Shown piece after piece: positions 44,460 to 53,157 of a DNA stretch of 59,384 bases (position 1 is its first letter; every line of letters begins with the position of its first letter). The notes beneath the pieces were generated by a model. It searched no databases. It was not told the DNA's origin and saw nothing but the letters and a program-made list of their open reading frames with translations. Made by a program: the position numbers and the translations under genes. The DNA is taken from positions 134,375 through 193,758 of the forward strand of contig JBGSSJ010000014.1 of NCBI GenBank assembly GCA_041737125.1, given 5' to 3'. Origin of the DNA: Minisyncoccia bacterium (GTDB taxonomy: Bacteria > Patescibacteriota > Minisyncoccia > Phycocordibacterales > UBA9973).

Positions 44460-45411
44460 TTTCTGGAGTAAATTACCGAAACCATTTTTCGTCCTCGCAC
44501 CTATGGCTGATGTTACAGATAGGGCTTTTCGTCGTATTATTTGTAAATATGGCAAGCCCGATGTTGTATGGACAGAATTCGTATCTGCCGATGGACTCTC
44601 AAGCCCTGGGCGTGAAGTTCTAAAGTATGATTTAGAATATACAGAAGGGGAAAGGCCTATCATCGCGCAACTTTTCTCTGCTCATCCAGATAAGATGAGG
44701 GAGGCTTCGAAGTACGTAGCGGAACTTGGCTTTGATGGCATAGATATAAATATGGGTTGTCCTGATCGCTCTATCGAGAAGCAGGGTGCAGGAGCTGCCA
44801 TGATGAAGAACAAAGAATCAGCCAAGCAAATTATCCAAGCAGTCAAAGACGGTATAGCGGATGCAGGGAAAGATATATCTGTCTCTGTGAAGACTCGCGT
44901 GGGATACAACAAAGTAGAGATAGATGAGTGGGTTCCTTTTTTGCTCGAGCAAGATTTATCTGCGCTCACAATTCATGCACGAACCAGGAAAGAAATGTCA
45001 GATGTGCCAGCGAGGTGGGAGCATGTGAAAGAAGTAGTGAGTATAAGGGATAGAATGAATCTTAAAACTAAAATCCTCGGTAACGGCGATGTTAGAGATA
45101 TAGCTCATGCGAAAAGTTTAGCAGAAGAGACAGGGTGTGATGGTGTAATGCTCGGTCGTGCCATATTCGGTAATCCATGGCTCTTTGCACAACATGTTCC
45201 AACAGTTGAAGAGAAGCTAAAAGTCATGGTAGAACATACGAAACTATATGAAGAATTACTCGGAGGTATCAAGAACTTCGCCATAATGAAGAAGCATTAT
45301 AAGGCCTATGTAAATGGTTTCGATGGGGCCAAAGAGCTCCGTGTGAAGCTTATGGACTGTAATAATGCGAGTGAGATAGAGTCGACAGTAAATGAATTTT
45401 TGAACAACTAA
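44452..45411 (+). CDS. dus: tRNA-dihydrouridine synthase
   Basis: FVLAPMADVTDRAFRRI, INMGCP, HARTR motifs. Confidence 0.9.
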   Translation: MNNFWSKLPKPFFVLAPMADVTDRAFRRIICKYGKPDVVWTEFVSADGLSSPGREVLKYDLEYTEGERPIIAQLFSAHPDKMREASKYVAELGFDGIDINMGCPDRSIEKQGAGAAMMKNKESAKQIIQAVKDGIADAGKDISVSVKTRVGYNKVEIDEWVPFLLEQDLSALTIHARTRKEMSDVPARWEHVKEVVSIRDRMNLKTKILGNGDVRDIAHAKSLAEETGCDGVMLGRAIFGNPWLFAQHVPTVEEKLKVMVEHTKLYEELLGGIKNFAIMKKHYKAYVNGFDGAKELRVKLMDCNNASEIESTVNEFLNN

Positions 45412-45416
45412 CTCTG

Positions 45417-45425
45417 TGATATAAT
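45417..45425 (+). promoter_or_regulatory. extended -10 TGaTATAAT, 6 nt before ATG 45432
   Basis: Sequence match and spacing. Confidence 0.45.
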
Positions 45426-45431
45426 ATCATC

Positions 45432-46469
45432 ATGTCAGATTCTAATATCGCCTTATATAGAAAATACCGCCCAGAGAATTTCTCGGAAGTTATGGGTCAA
45501 GATCACATAGTGAAAGCTATTTCGGGCTCACTTAAGACAGGTAAAGTTGCGCATGCATATCTACTCTGTGGACCTCGTGGTACAGGGAAGACGACAGTCG
45601 CTCGCATTATAGCGCGCGAGCTTAATACATCAGTCAATGACATATATGAGATGGACGCTGCTTCGAATAGAAAGATTGAGGATGCCCGCGATATAAATGA
45701 GAACGTGCGCACCATGCCTTTTGATTCGAAATATAAAGTGTACATCTTGGATGAAGTTCATATGCTTACCAAAGAAGCTTGGAATGCATTGCTGAAAACT
45801 ATCGAGGAACCACCAGAGCATGTGATATTTATACTCGCTACTACAGAACTCGAGAAAGTTCCAGAGACTATTATCTCTCGTTGCCAGACTTTCATGTTTA
45901 AGAAGCCGACAGATGCAATACTTGCGCATGCTGTAAAAAATGTCGCGAAGAAAGAAGGCTATGAATTAGAAGAGGGTGGACCTGAGCTTATAGCACTACT
46001 CTCCGATGGAGCATTTCGTGATGCTTTGGGAACTCTACAGAAAGTTATCGCATTTACTAGTAGTAAGAAAATAAGTAAAGAAGATATAGAGAAGGTGACC
46101 GGCGCACCGAGTACGGTCCTCGTCGACGAATTTCTTCTCGCAATTAAAGATGGAGATATTGAGCGAGGCTATAGTGCTATCGGAAGAGCCTCAGTAGAGA
46201 ACCTCGATATGCAAGTATATCTGAAGATGATCTTAGCGAAGCTCCGCTTTGCTCTTATGCTACGCTATGCACCAGGAACGAAGAGGATGATAGGAGAGAG
46301 CGTGTCAGTCGCTGATATGGAATTCATAGAATCCCTTATAAAAGATAAACCAAAAAATATATCATCAAATACTCTTAGTATATTGCTTGAGTCATATCAG
46401 TCACTCCGTAATAGTGTAATAAGTGAGCTCCCACTTGAGCTTGCGCTTGTGAAAATATTGAGCGTGTAG
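45432..46469 (+). CDS. dnaX: DNA polymerase III subunit gamma/tau (short form)
   Basis: YRKYRP, GPRGTGKTT, DEVHML, SRCQ. Confidence 0.9.
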   Translation: MSDSNIALYRKYRPENFSEVMGQDHIVKAISGSLKTGKVAHAYLLCGPRGTGKTTVARIIARELNTSVNDIYEMDAASNRKIEDARDINENVRTMPFDSKYKVYILDEVHMLTKEAWNALLKTIEEPPEHVIFILATTELEKVPETIISRCQTFMFKKPTDAILAHAVKNVAKKEGYELEEGGPELIALLSDGAFRDALGTLQKVIAFTSSKKISKEDIEKVTGAPSTVLVDEFLLAIKDGDIERGYSAIGRASVENLDMQVYLKMILAKLRFALMLRYAPGTKRMIGESVSVADMEFIESLIKDKPKNISSNTLSILLESYQSLRNSVISELPLELALVKILSV

Positions 46470-46470
46470 T

Positions 46471-47493
46471 TTACTTTACAATTTCTTGTCGGTAAATAGA
46501 TACTAGACTATAGAGCAAAGATACAACTAGTGGTCCTATAAGCAAACCTATTGGTCCCATAAGAGCGATACCTCCGAGTATAGATAACAGGATAAAGAGA
46601 GATGATATCTCTGTGTTTTTAGATATGAAGTATGGAGAAAGAGCATTATCCACCAGGCCTATAATAACAACAGACCATATGAGTAGTCCTAATGCTTGCG
46701 CTTGAAAGCCATTGAAGAACAGATAAATCATAGCTGGCACCGATACTATTGATGTACCAAATGTAGGGATGAAGGATGCAATCCCTGCCACTACTCCCCA
46801 GAGTGCCGGATTAGGAATACCGAAAATTGAGAATCCGACACTAACGAGCAAGCCCTGAATGATAGCAATTAAGAACGAACCCCTTAGTATGCGATTGACA
46901 GCACTTTCAAGTTTAGAAAATATTTCTGTGATGTGTTCTTCTGAGAGTGGAGTAATACTTACAATACTCCTCTTCCAGTATTTACCGTCTTTAAGTAAGT
47001 AGAAAAGAGTCATAACCATAAGTATGAACATGAGTATAGAGTTGAATGTCCCTGTGAAGAATTTGGTCATGTTGTTGGAAAGGAATGTACCTAACTCTTG
47101 TATTTTTGCTTCAGTGTTGAAAGTAAATCCATTCGGCATCGCTTTGTTTATAGAAGTGTCTAGCTTCTGGACTAGTTCACTTGCACTATGTCCATTCTCG
47201 GTAATATAGCGATAGGCATCTTGTGCTTGGTCAAATACTACTGTGCCTATGAAGAATAGTGGTATGCACATAACTATAAGGAACAGCAACACTGTCATGA
47301 GTGAAGCAAGCCAAGCTATGCCCTTGGTAACACGATGCTTAATCCATGAGTAAACTGGGCCGAGCACAACAGAGAAAGCTGCTGCAAGAATGATCATCGA
47401 AATAAATGGGAAAAATATCGCAACAGTTAAACCCATAACTAATATAATTAACGCGAATAAGAAGTATCTTTCTGTAGAAGTTGTATTATTCAT
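46471..47493 (-). CDS. AI-2E family transporter (second paralog)
   Basis: Multi-TM protein, same family features as 11416-12486. Confidence 0.8.
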   Translation of the reverse strand: MNNTTSTERYFLFALIILVMGLTVAIFFPFISMIILAAAFSVVLGPVYSWIKHRVTKGIAWLASLMTVLLFLIVMCIPLFFIGTVVFDQAQDAYRYITENGHSASELVQKLDTSINKAMPNGFTFNTEAKIQELGTFLSNNMTKFFTGTFNSILMFILMVMTLFYLLKDGKYWKRSIVSITPLSEEHITEIFSKLESAVNRILRGSFLIAIIQGLLVSVGFSIFGIPNPALWGVVAGIASFIPTFGTSIVSVPAMIYLFFNGFQAQALGLLIWSVVIIGLVDNALSPYFISKNTEISSLFILLSILGGIALMGPIGLLIGPLVVSLLYSLVSIYRQEIVK

Positions 47494-47585
47494 ATGTTTT
47501 TATTATATCATAATAATCTAATATATTGACAAATAGTTAATAAAATATAGGATAAAAGAAAAATCAATCTTTAATCCTTAAAATA

Positions 47586-47593
47586 AAGGAGGT
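47586..47593 (+). promoter_or_regulatory. canonical Shine-Dalgarno AAGGAGGT, 4 nt before ATG 47598
   Basis: The only strong SD seen in front of any gene in the window. Confidence 0.6.
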
Positions 47594-47597
47594 AAAA

Positions 47598-48092
47598 ATG
47601 AGAAAGTTGTTCAGCATTCATGAAATCGCCGAACAGCTACAGAATAGCAGAGTCGGCAAAAAAGTTGTTTATTGTTCAGGAACATTTGATATAGTCCACT
47701 GTGACCATATTTATTTCCTAGAACAAGTAAAAAGTTATGGTGATATTGTTGTTGTTGGGATTAATGATGATGTATCTGTTTCGAGAAGGAAAGGTCCTGC
47801 TAGGCCTATTATTCCTGAAGAAAAAAGAATTATTGTCGTTTCCGCTATCTCTTTTGTGGATTTTGCTTTTATAAAAAAGTTTGATTTGCACAAAGAAGAT
47901 ATTATAGAAATATTACAGCCTAATGTTGTCATTGCTAATAATGATAAAGACAGGTCAGAGTATTATATAAAACGCTGGGATTCTTTGGCAGCAAAATTCC
48001 CGAGTGTTGAATTTATTTTATCTCTTGAGCATAAAAGAGATGAAAATAATTCAACAACAGCAATAATAAACAAAATAAAAAAATTGGGATAA
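47598..48092 (+). CDS. cytidylyltransferase-like nucleotidyltransferase
   Basis: SGTFDIVHCDH (TxGH-type motif) and a small Rossmann fold. Confidence 0.65.
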   Translation: MRKLFSIHEIAEQLQNSRVGKKVVYCSGTFDIVHCDHIYFLEQVKSYGDIVVVGINDDVSVSRRKGPARPIIPEEKRIIVVSAISFVDFAFIKKFDLHKEDIIEILQPNVVIANNDKDRSEYYIKRWDSLAAKFPSVEFILSLEHKRDENNSTTAIINKIKKLG

Positions 48093-48119
48093 ACAAGGTT
48101 CATGGCACGAACCTTGTTT
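48091..48119. terminator. bidirectional terminator AAACAAGGTTC-N7-GAACCTTGTTT
   Basis: 11-bp stem followed by a T run. Confidence 0.8.
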
Positions 48120-48126
48120 TTTCTTT

Positions 48127-48263
48127 TGGACAGGGAGTTTCTCGCCCTACGGTCGCGGGTACTTTTCGATCAGCAAAGCTGATATCGAAAAGTCTTTCTC
48201 ATCCCTGGCGCGAGACAAGCAGTTGTCTCGCTTCCCCAAGCAAATCTCGCTTGGCTCTATTTG
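48127..48263 (-). other. highly structured tRNA-Gln-derived or tRNA-like tail (three hairpins bracketed by acceptor-like ends)
   Basis: It starts with TTGGGGA, the tRNA-Gln 5' acceptor strand. It ends with AGGG-N9-CCCTGTCC-AAAAG, resembling the T-arm and 3' acceptor. Hairpins lie at 48162-48192, 48210-48231 and 48234-48270. Confidence 0.4.
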
Positions 48264-48334
48264 CTTGGGGACAGGGATTCGAACCCCAATTAATGGCTTC
48301 AAAGGCCACTGTCCTACCATTAGACGATCCCCAA
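48264..48334 (-). tRNA. tRNA-Gln (UUG)
   Basis: U1-A72 start TTGGGGA, loop CTTTGAA, TTCGAAT T-loop. Confidence 0.85.
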
Positions 48335-48384
48335 ATACTTCTTTAAAATACACTAAAAATACAAAAAACACAATCTAAAAAATT

Positions 48385-48393
48385 TGGTATAAT
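48385..48393 (+). promoter_or_regulatory. extended -10 TGgTATAAT, 6 nt before ATG 48400
   Basis: Sequence match and spacing. Confidence 0.45.
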
Positions 48394-48399
48394 ATATAT

Positions 48400-48828
48400 A
48401 TGAACAAATTTGTACTGGCTTTTATTTTCGATCAAACATTTGAGCATGTATTGCTCATGCATAAGAATAGGCCCGAATGGCAGAAGGGGAAAATAAACGG
48501 ACTAGGTGGGAAAGTAGAAGAAGGGGAGAGTGCTCTCAATTGTGTACACCGGGAAGTGAAAGAAGAATCCGGACTCCAAATAGAAGCAGGCGACTGGGTG
48601 AAGTGCGGAGTTATGTATTCTGATAGTTTTACTATGGATGTCTTCGGCTGTGCGTATAAAGGTAACCCGAGTGATGCTCAAACTCTAGAAGACGAGCCTA
48701 TCGAGTGGTTCTCTGTGAATTCTTTACCGAAGAATACAATAAACAATCTACAATGGCTTATGAACATAACTTTAGATAAAGTGAAAAATGAAGATATAGA
48801 AGACTTTGAGGTGAAATACAAGCTGTAA
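48400..48828 (+). CDS. NUDIX hydrolase (second)
   Basis: GLGGKVEEGESALNCVHREVKEESGL Nudix box. Confidence 0.85.
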   Translation: MNKFVLAFIFDQTFEHVLLMHKNRPEWQKGKINGLGGKVEEGESALNCVHREVKEESGLQIEAGDWVKCGVMYSDSFTMDVFGCAYKGNPSDAQTLEDEPIEWFSVNSLPKNTINNLQWLMNITLDKVKNEDIEDFEVKYKL

Positions 48829-48857
48829 ATAAAGGGGATTATTAGGAGCTTTACCTA

Positions 48858-48885
48858 TTGACAAAAAGCTTAAAAGGTGTATAAT
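48858..48885 (+). promoter_or_regulatory. promoter TTGACA-16-TATAAT, 9 nt before ATG 48895
   Basis: Consensus boxes. Confidence 0.5.
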
Positions 48886-48894
48886 AGGTACATT

Positions 48895-49233
48895 ATGAAG
48901 AAATTATATACAACATTCTCAATATTTTTATTAGTTTTTGGTTTCGCTTTACTAGCTGTTCCAAAACCTTCTGAAGCTGGATTCTCTATATCACTGGGCT
49001 TAGGATTAGGTTATACTAGTAATAATAATGGCTATTATGATAGCTATCGTGGCTACGGAGGTGGTAATTACTATCAGCAAGGTTACGCTCCATGTTTTAA
49101 TTCTTGTGGTTATGATAATAATATTTATCCTACAAGAGGTTACTATGGTAACTCATACAACGGAGGATACTATTCTAACCCAGGGTTCGCTAATAACAGT
49201 TACGGTGGTTGCTGGACATATCCTTGCTACTAA
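48895..49233 (+). CDS. secreted Gly/Tyr/Asn-rich low-complexity protein
   Basis: Signal peptide MKKLYTTFSIFLLVFGFALLAVPKPSEA, then G/Y/N-rich sequence with 4 Cys. Confidence 0.6.
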   Translation: MKKLYTTFSIFLLVFGFALLAVPKPSEAGFSISLGLGLGYTSNNNGYYDSYRGYGGGNYYQQGYAPCFNSCGYDNNIYPTRGYYGNSYNGGYYSNPGFANNSYGGCWTYPCY

Positions 49234-49244
49234 AATAGATAAAG

Positions 49245-49274
49245 AAAATCCCCCGACTTTAGTCGGGGGATTTT
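49245..49274. terminator. bidirectional terminator AAAATCCCCCGAC-TTTA-GTCGGGGGATTTT
   Basis: 13-bp stem. Confidence 0.85.
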
Positions 49275-49275
49275 G

Positions 49276-50325
49276 CTATTCATCGCTCGCAGGCTTGTCT
49301 ATAGATAGGCTTTCTATGCTAAGAGCATCGCCTGTAATACGCATCACGTCCTTATCTATCTTCTTGAATTCATTATTGGACTTGTTGAAGTGGTTCACTG
49401 TGGTCGCAAGTGCATTGCCGAGCTTCGTATGAGCTTCTTCGTATGTGCGCAAGTGTGTACCGAGCTCACCGACACGCTTGATGATGTCTTTCGCACTCTC
49501 TTCTATCTGGAGTGCTTTCAATCCTTGGAGGACAGTCTGAAGATAAGCGAGGAATGAAGTAGGGGATACAATGATGACTTTGTACTTACCAGCGGCTCTC
49601 TGGATGAGGTTCTCTGTATCCTCAGACACGGCACCTATCTTATTGATAAGTAGATCATAGTATATAGCTTCATGAGGTATGAACATGAAAGCGAAGTCCA
49701 TCGTGCCTTCCTCTGGCTGTATGTATTTCGATGTCTCTACTATTCTATTCTTCAGATCGTTTACGAATACTTTCTCGAGTCTTTCCTTCTCTACTACATC
49801 GTTCGTCTCGGATATTCGATTATAATTCTCGAGAGAGAATTTCGAATCGATAGGTATGACTTTGTCTTTCACAAACACTGCCGCATCAACTATGGTTCCA
49901 TCCGGGAAAGGGTACTGCATCTGATATGATCCCGGAGGCATAATATTCTTCAGTAATGTCTCGAGGTAGTATTCGCCAAGTATTCCGCGCTGCTTCGGAT
50001 TCTTAAGTATATCTTGCAGATTCTTCAGTTGGTCCGCAAACGATACGACTTGCTTGTTCGTCTCATCTAATCTCGTAATCTTCTCTGTAATGTCGGCAAC
50101 TATGCGTGATGTCTCGCTCGACTGGTGGCGCATTGTTTGAGTCATCTCCTTTTGAGATTCACCGAGCTTTTGATCGACAGTTCTTGAGAGCTCATTGATC
50201 TGGCTTAAGAGTAGCTGTAGGGCAGTGTCATTATTATTCTCTCCCGGTTTGTTCCGGAGGAATAAAAATAGGCCGATAATAAGGAGTACAAGTAGGCACA
50301 AAATGACAATCAATAATATATTCAT
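49276..50325 (-). CDS. rmuC: DNA recombination protein RmuC
   Basis: N-terminal TM and coiled coil; C-terminal nuclease-like core (VIPIDSKF...FMFIPHEAIY). Confidence 0.85.
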   Translation of the reverse strand: MNILLIVILCLLVLLIIGLFLFLRNKPGENNNDTALQLLLSQINELSRTVDQKLGESQKEMTQTMRHQSSETSRIVADITEKITRLDETNKQVVSFADQLKNLQDILKNPKQRGILGEYYLETLLKNIMPPGSYQMQYPFPDGTIVDAAVFVKDKVIPIDSKFSLENYNRISETNDVVEKERLEKVFVNDLKNRIVETSKYIQPEEGTMDFAFMFIPHEAIYYDLLINKIGAVSEDTENLIQRAAGKYKVIIVSPTSFLAYLQTVLQGLKALQIEESAKDIIKRVGELGTHLRTYEEAHTKLGNALATTVNHFNKSNNEFKKIDKDVMRITGDALSIESLSIDKPASDE

Positions 50326-50331
50326 GAGTTT

Positions 50332-50340
50332 ATTCTAACA
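50332..50340 (-). promoter_or_regulatory. extended -10 TGtTAGAAT, 6 nt before ATG 50325
   Basis: Sequence match and spacing. Confidence 0.45.
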
Positions 50341-50451
50341 AATAATCAACAAGTAGAGAAATTGACAAGCGGTGCAGATAATGATAAAAATTGAGCATAA
50401 ATTGATCTTCGAAATTTTTTTAAACAACCCTTCAATGGGCAAATTTTTTTT

Positions 50452-50808
50452 ATGAAAAAGATTACTTTAATGCTGATCGTTGTTGTAACCTTATTTGCAA
50501 TTACAGAAGCAAATGCACAAACTGTAAAAGAGCCTTGTTCGAGATTAACAAAGGATACAAGTATCCGAGCAAAAAACGATACAGTGATGATTATTACTTT
50601 TGCTTCTTATTCTGAAACAGAAACGGGTTTCATTAAGATGGTATTTTTTACGGAAAATCATGACTCACTGACACTTGTAACACCTGAAATACCTTTCAAC
50701 ATTGTTGAAGGTAAAAAGTACAGATTGGAAGTTGTCTCTAATTCAAAAGCCAAAAGGATTAGAGGTAAAGATCTTCCAATGTACGGTTCGTATCTCAAAG
50801 AACTTTGA
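50452..50808 (+). CDS. hypothetical secreted protein (118 aa)
   Basis: Signal peptide MKKITLMLIVVVTLFAITEANA. Confidence 0.5.
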   Translation: MKKITLMLIVVVTLFAITEANAQTVKEPCSRLTKDTSIRAKNDTVMIITFASYSETETGFIKMVFFTENHDSLTLVTPEIPFNIVEGKKYRLEVVSNSKAKRIRGKDLPMYGSYLKEL

Positions 50809-50820
50809 AAGCACTAACTC

Positions 50821-50846
50821 GCCCCTCTAACCCCGGGGCATTTTTT
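50821..50846 (+). terminator. GC hairpin plus T6
   Basis: GCCCC..GGGGC followed by ATTTTTT. Confidence 0.6.
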
Positions 50847-50847
50847 A

Positions 50848-51570
50848 TTACATTTTACCTAGGTAATGCTTCAATGTATAAATCCAATCTTCGTCTTCTG
50901 GGTTCTGAGTTTCTTTAGTATTGAGGAACCATTCGAGGTAGCTTCTATCAGTTGATGCCACTTCGGCGACAGTCTTGCCTACATGCTTCCCGAAAGAGAA
51001 TAAGTGCATAAGCGAAGGCTTGCTCGATATATCTATCATCATATCGAGAGCTTCTTCGTCTATATTATTCTTCGTCTCCTTTTTAATACCAACAAGTAAT
51101 CTTTCAAAAAGCTTCTCTAGTACCATCACGTCACCGAGTGCATCGTGTGCTTGCGCTTCGATCTCTATATCGAGATAGTAGCGTAGATACTGAAGCTTGT
51201 GCTGAGGGATTTTATGTTCACGATCTAGGTACCTGGCTACTCGCAGAGTGCAGATATGGTTACTCGGATTTATATCTTCCTTCTCTATCATACCTAGGTC
51301 GAACTTCGCATTATGAGCGACCATGATAGTATTCTCGTCTTCAAGCATTGCTTTTATTCTCTTGTAGTCTCCGCTTTCTTTAAAGCTTGGTTTATCCGCC
51401 ACCATTTTGTTGGAGATATGTGTCACAGAGCTTGCTTCTATGGAAATTTTTACTGGAGGCTTGAAAAGTTCGCAATATATTTCGCTGTCTGTTTTATATG
51501 CAAGCTGACATAAGTAGTCGTTTACTTCAGTACCCGTAGTTTCTGTATCTAAGAAAATAATTTTTTTCAT
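50848..51570 (-). CDS. DEDDh 3'-5' exonuclease (DnaQ/ExoX-like) with an extra C-terminal domain
   Basis: FLDTETTG, VAHNAKFDLGM, HDALGDV motifs. Confidence 0.8.
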   Translation of the reverse strand: MKKIIFLDTETTGTEVNDYLCQLAYKTDSEIYCELFKPPVKISIEASSVTHISNKMVADKPSFKESGDYKRIKAMLEDENTIMVAHNAKFDLGMIEKEDINPSNHICTLRVARYLDREHKIPQHKLQYLRYYLDIEIEAQAHDALGDVMVLEKLFERLLVGIKKETKNNIDEEALDMMIDISSKPSLMHLFSFGKHVGKTVAEVASTDRSYLEWFLNTKETQNPEDEDWIYTLKHYLGKM

Positions 51571-51576
51571 GTTTTT

Positions 51577-51585
51577 ATTTTAACA
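51577..51585 (-). promoter_or_regulatory. extended -10 TGtTAAAAT, 6 nt before ATG 51570
   Basis: Sequence match and spacing. Confidence 0.45.
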
Positions 51586-51726
51586 TATTATGTTTCATCA
51601 AAATAGCTCTTTTTAAAATGCACACATAATTTCCTGCTGAAAATTTGCTCTACTCGGCTCGTCAGCCTCCGTAAGGCATTTCTCAAAGACTATTTTGATT
51701 ACACTTTTTACATATCTAGTATATTT

Positions 51727-51735
51727 TGATACAAT
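51727..51735 (+). promoter_or_regulatory. extended -10 TGaTACAAT, 6 nt before ATG 51742
   Basis: Sequence match and spacing. Confidence 0.45.
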
Positions 51736-51741
51736 ACATAT

Positions 51742-52191
51742 ATGTTACACGAAGAAATAAAAGGAGAAATAAAGAAAGCAATGATGGCGAAAGACACAGT
51801 TCGCCTAGAAGTTATGCGTGGTCTTGTGACTGCATTTATGAATGAATTAGTAGCTACAAATCGCACACCACAGGACATGCTTACAGATGAAGAAGTTATA
51901 AAAGTTATCACTCGCGCTTCCAAGCAGAGGAAGGACTCCATAGAGCAGTTCACGAAAGGTGGAAGGATGGACTTAGTAGATGAAGAGAAGCCACAGCTAG
52001 CTATTCTTGAAGCATACTTGCCGAAGCTTATGGATAAGAGCGAAGTAGAAGTTATTGCGAAAGCGAAGAAAGATGAGCTTGCGATAACTGACCCGACAAA
52101 GAAAGGAATGCTCATGTCTGCCGTGATGAAGGACCTGAAAGGCAAAGCAGATGGAACTATAGTCAAAGAGGTCGTTGATTCATTATTCTAA
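51742..52191 (+). CDS. GatB/YqeY domain protein
   Basis: IKGEIKKAMMAKDTVRLEVMRGL start typical of YqeY. Confidence 0.85.
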   Translation: MLHEEIKGEIKKAMMAKDTVRLEVMRGLVTAFMNELVATNRTPQDMLTDEEVIKVITRASKQRKDSIEQFTKGGRMDLVDEEKPQLAILEAYLPKLMDKSEVEVIAKAKKDELAITDPTKKGMLMSAVMKDLKGKADGTIVKEVVDSLF

Positions 52192-52203
52192 TCAAACATT
52201 TAC

Positions 52204-52545
52204 ATGAAAATTATTTTACATTGGGTTATTCTATCTGTCGCTGTGTGGCTCTCCACACAAGTCGTCACAGGGATTAGTCTTGATCCACTATGGGTGGCTC
52301 TTATTGTCGGAGCGTGTCTGACTTTGTTCAACATGTTCGTGAAGCCTATTATTACATTACTAACTCTACCTCTCACTATCGTTACTCTCGGATTATTCTC
52401 ACTAGTTGTAAATGGATTAATATTTTGGTATTTGGGTAAAGTTATAGAAGGCTTCTCTGTTTATAATTTCAGTGCAGCATTCTTCGGTGCATTACTTGTG
52501 TCAGTCATTAATTGGTTGTTGAAAAAGATCTTTAGATTTGAATAA
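52204..52545 (+). CDS. phage-holin-family-4-like (DUF360/YvlD) membrane protein
   Basis: 113 aa, 3-4 TM segments, FNMFVKPIITLLTLPLTIVTLGLF. Confidence 0.6.
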   Translation: MKIILHWVILSVAVWLSTQVVTGISLDPLWVALIVGACLTLFNMFVKPIITLLTLPLTIVTLGLFSLVVNGLIFWYLGKVIEGFSVYNFSAAFFGALLVSVINWLLKKIFRFE

Positions 52546-52550
52546 ATATT

Positions 52551-53156
52551 ATGTTAAGCATAAGCTATCTCCAACATTTTGTAGAATCAAATGCAGAAAT
52601 AGTTTATATGCTGATTGTTCTCGGGGTTATAATTGAAGGGGAGATAGTGGTCATCATCGCCGGCATATTTGCCCATTTGGGCGCGCTTAATATTTTCTTT
52701 GCATTTATTGCTACAATGATAGGTGGGGGACTTAAGTCGGTGATTGGCTATAGTGTCGGTTACTATCTACATAAGCACCACTCTCATCACCTAATAGTTC
52801 GGCAGTCCGAGAGGAGAATACATTACTTCTTCCCTAGGTTTAGCGAAAGGCAGTTCTGGTCCATATTTCTCTCCCGGTTCCTGATACTTGGTTTACATTG
52901 GTTCTCTTTGATATTCTCAGGATATAGGCGGATAAAGATGAAGATTTTCGCAGAAGGTGAACTGGCATCACTCCTCGTATGGTCATCTTCTATACTTGCT
53001 CTTGGTTACTTTTTCAGCTACACTGCACTGTCTATAAGTAAAGACGTCCGTAAGTTCCTGGGAATCATACTTATATTCTTGGTTTTATTTTTCATAGTAG
53101 AGAAAATTATCGCATTTATTATTGAGTTAGTAGAGACTAAAGATAAGAATATTTAA
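52551..53156 (+). CDS. DedA/VTT-like membrane protein
   Basis: GEIVVIIAG...GGGLKSVIGYSVGYYL pattern. Confidence 0.45.
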   Translation: MLSISYLQHFVESNAEIVYMLIVLGVIIEGEIVVIIAGIFAHLGALNIFFAFIATMIGGGLKSVIGYSVGYYLHKHHSHHLIVRQSERRIHYFFPRFSERQFWSIFLSRFLILGLHWFSLIFSGYRRIKMKIFAEGELASLLVWSSSILALGYFFSYTALSISKDVRKFLGIILIFLVLFFIVEKIIAFIIELVETKDKNI

Positions 53157-53157
53157 T

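Noticed and set aside
48147-48371. 74-aa minus-strand ORF
   Set aside because: It spans tRNA-Gln and its structured tail.
49028-49432. 134-aa alternate-frame ORF overlapping the G/Y/N-rich gene, the terminator and the rmuC 3' end
   Set aside because: It crosses a strong bidirectional terminator and lies antisense to rmuC.
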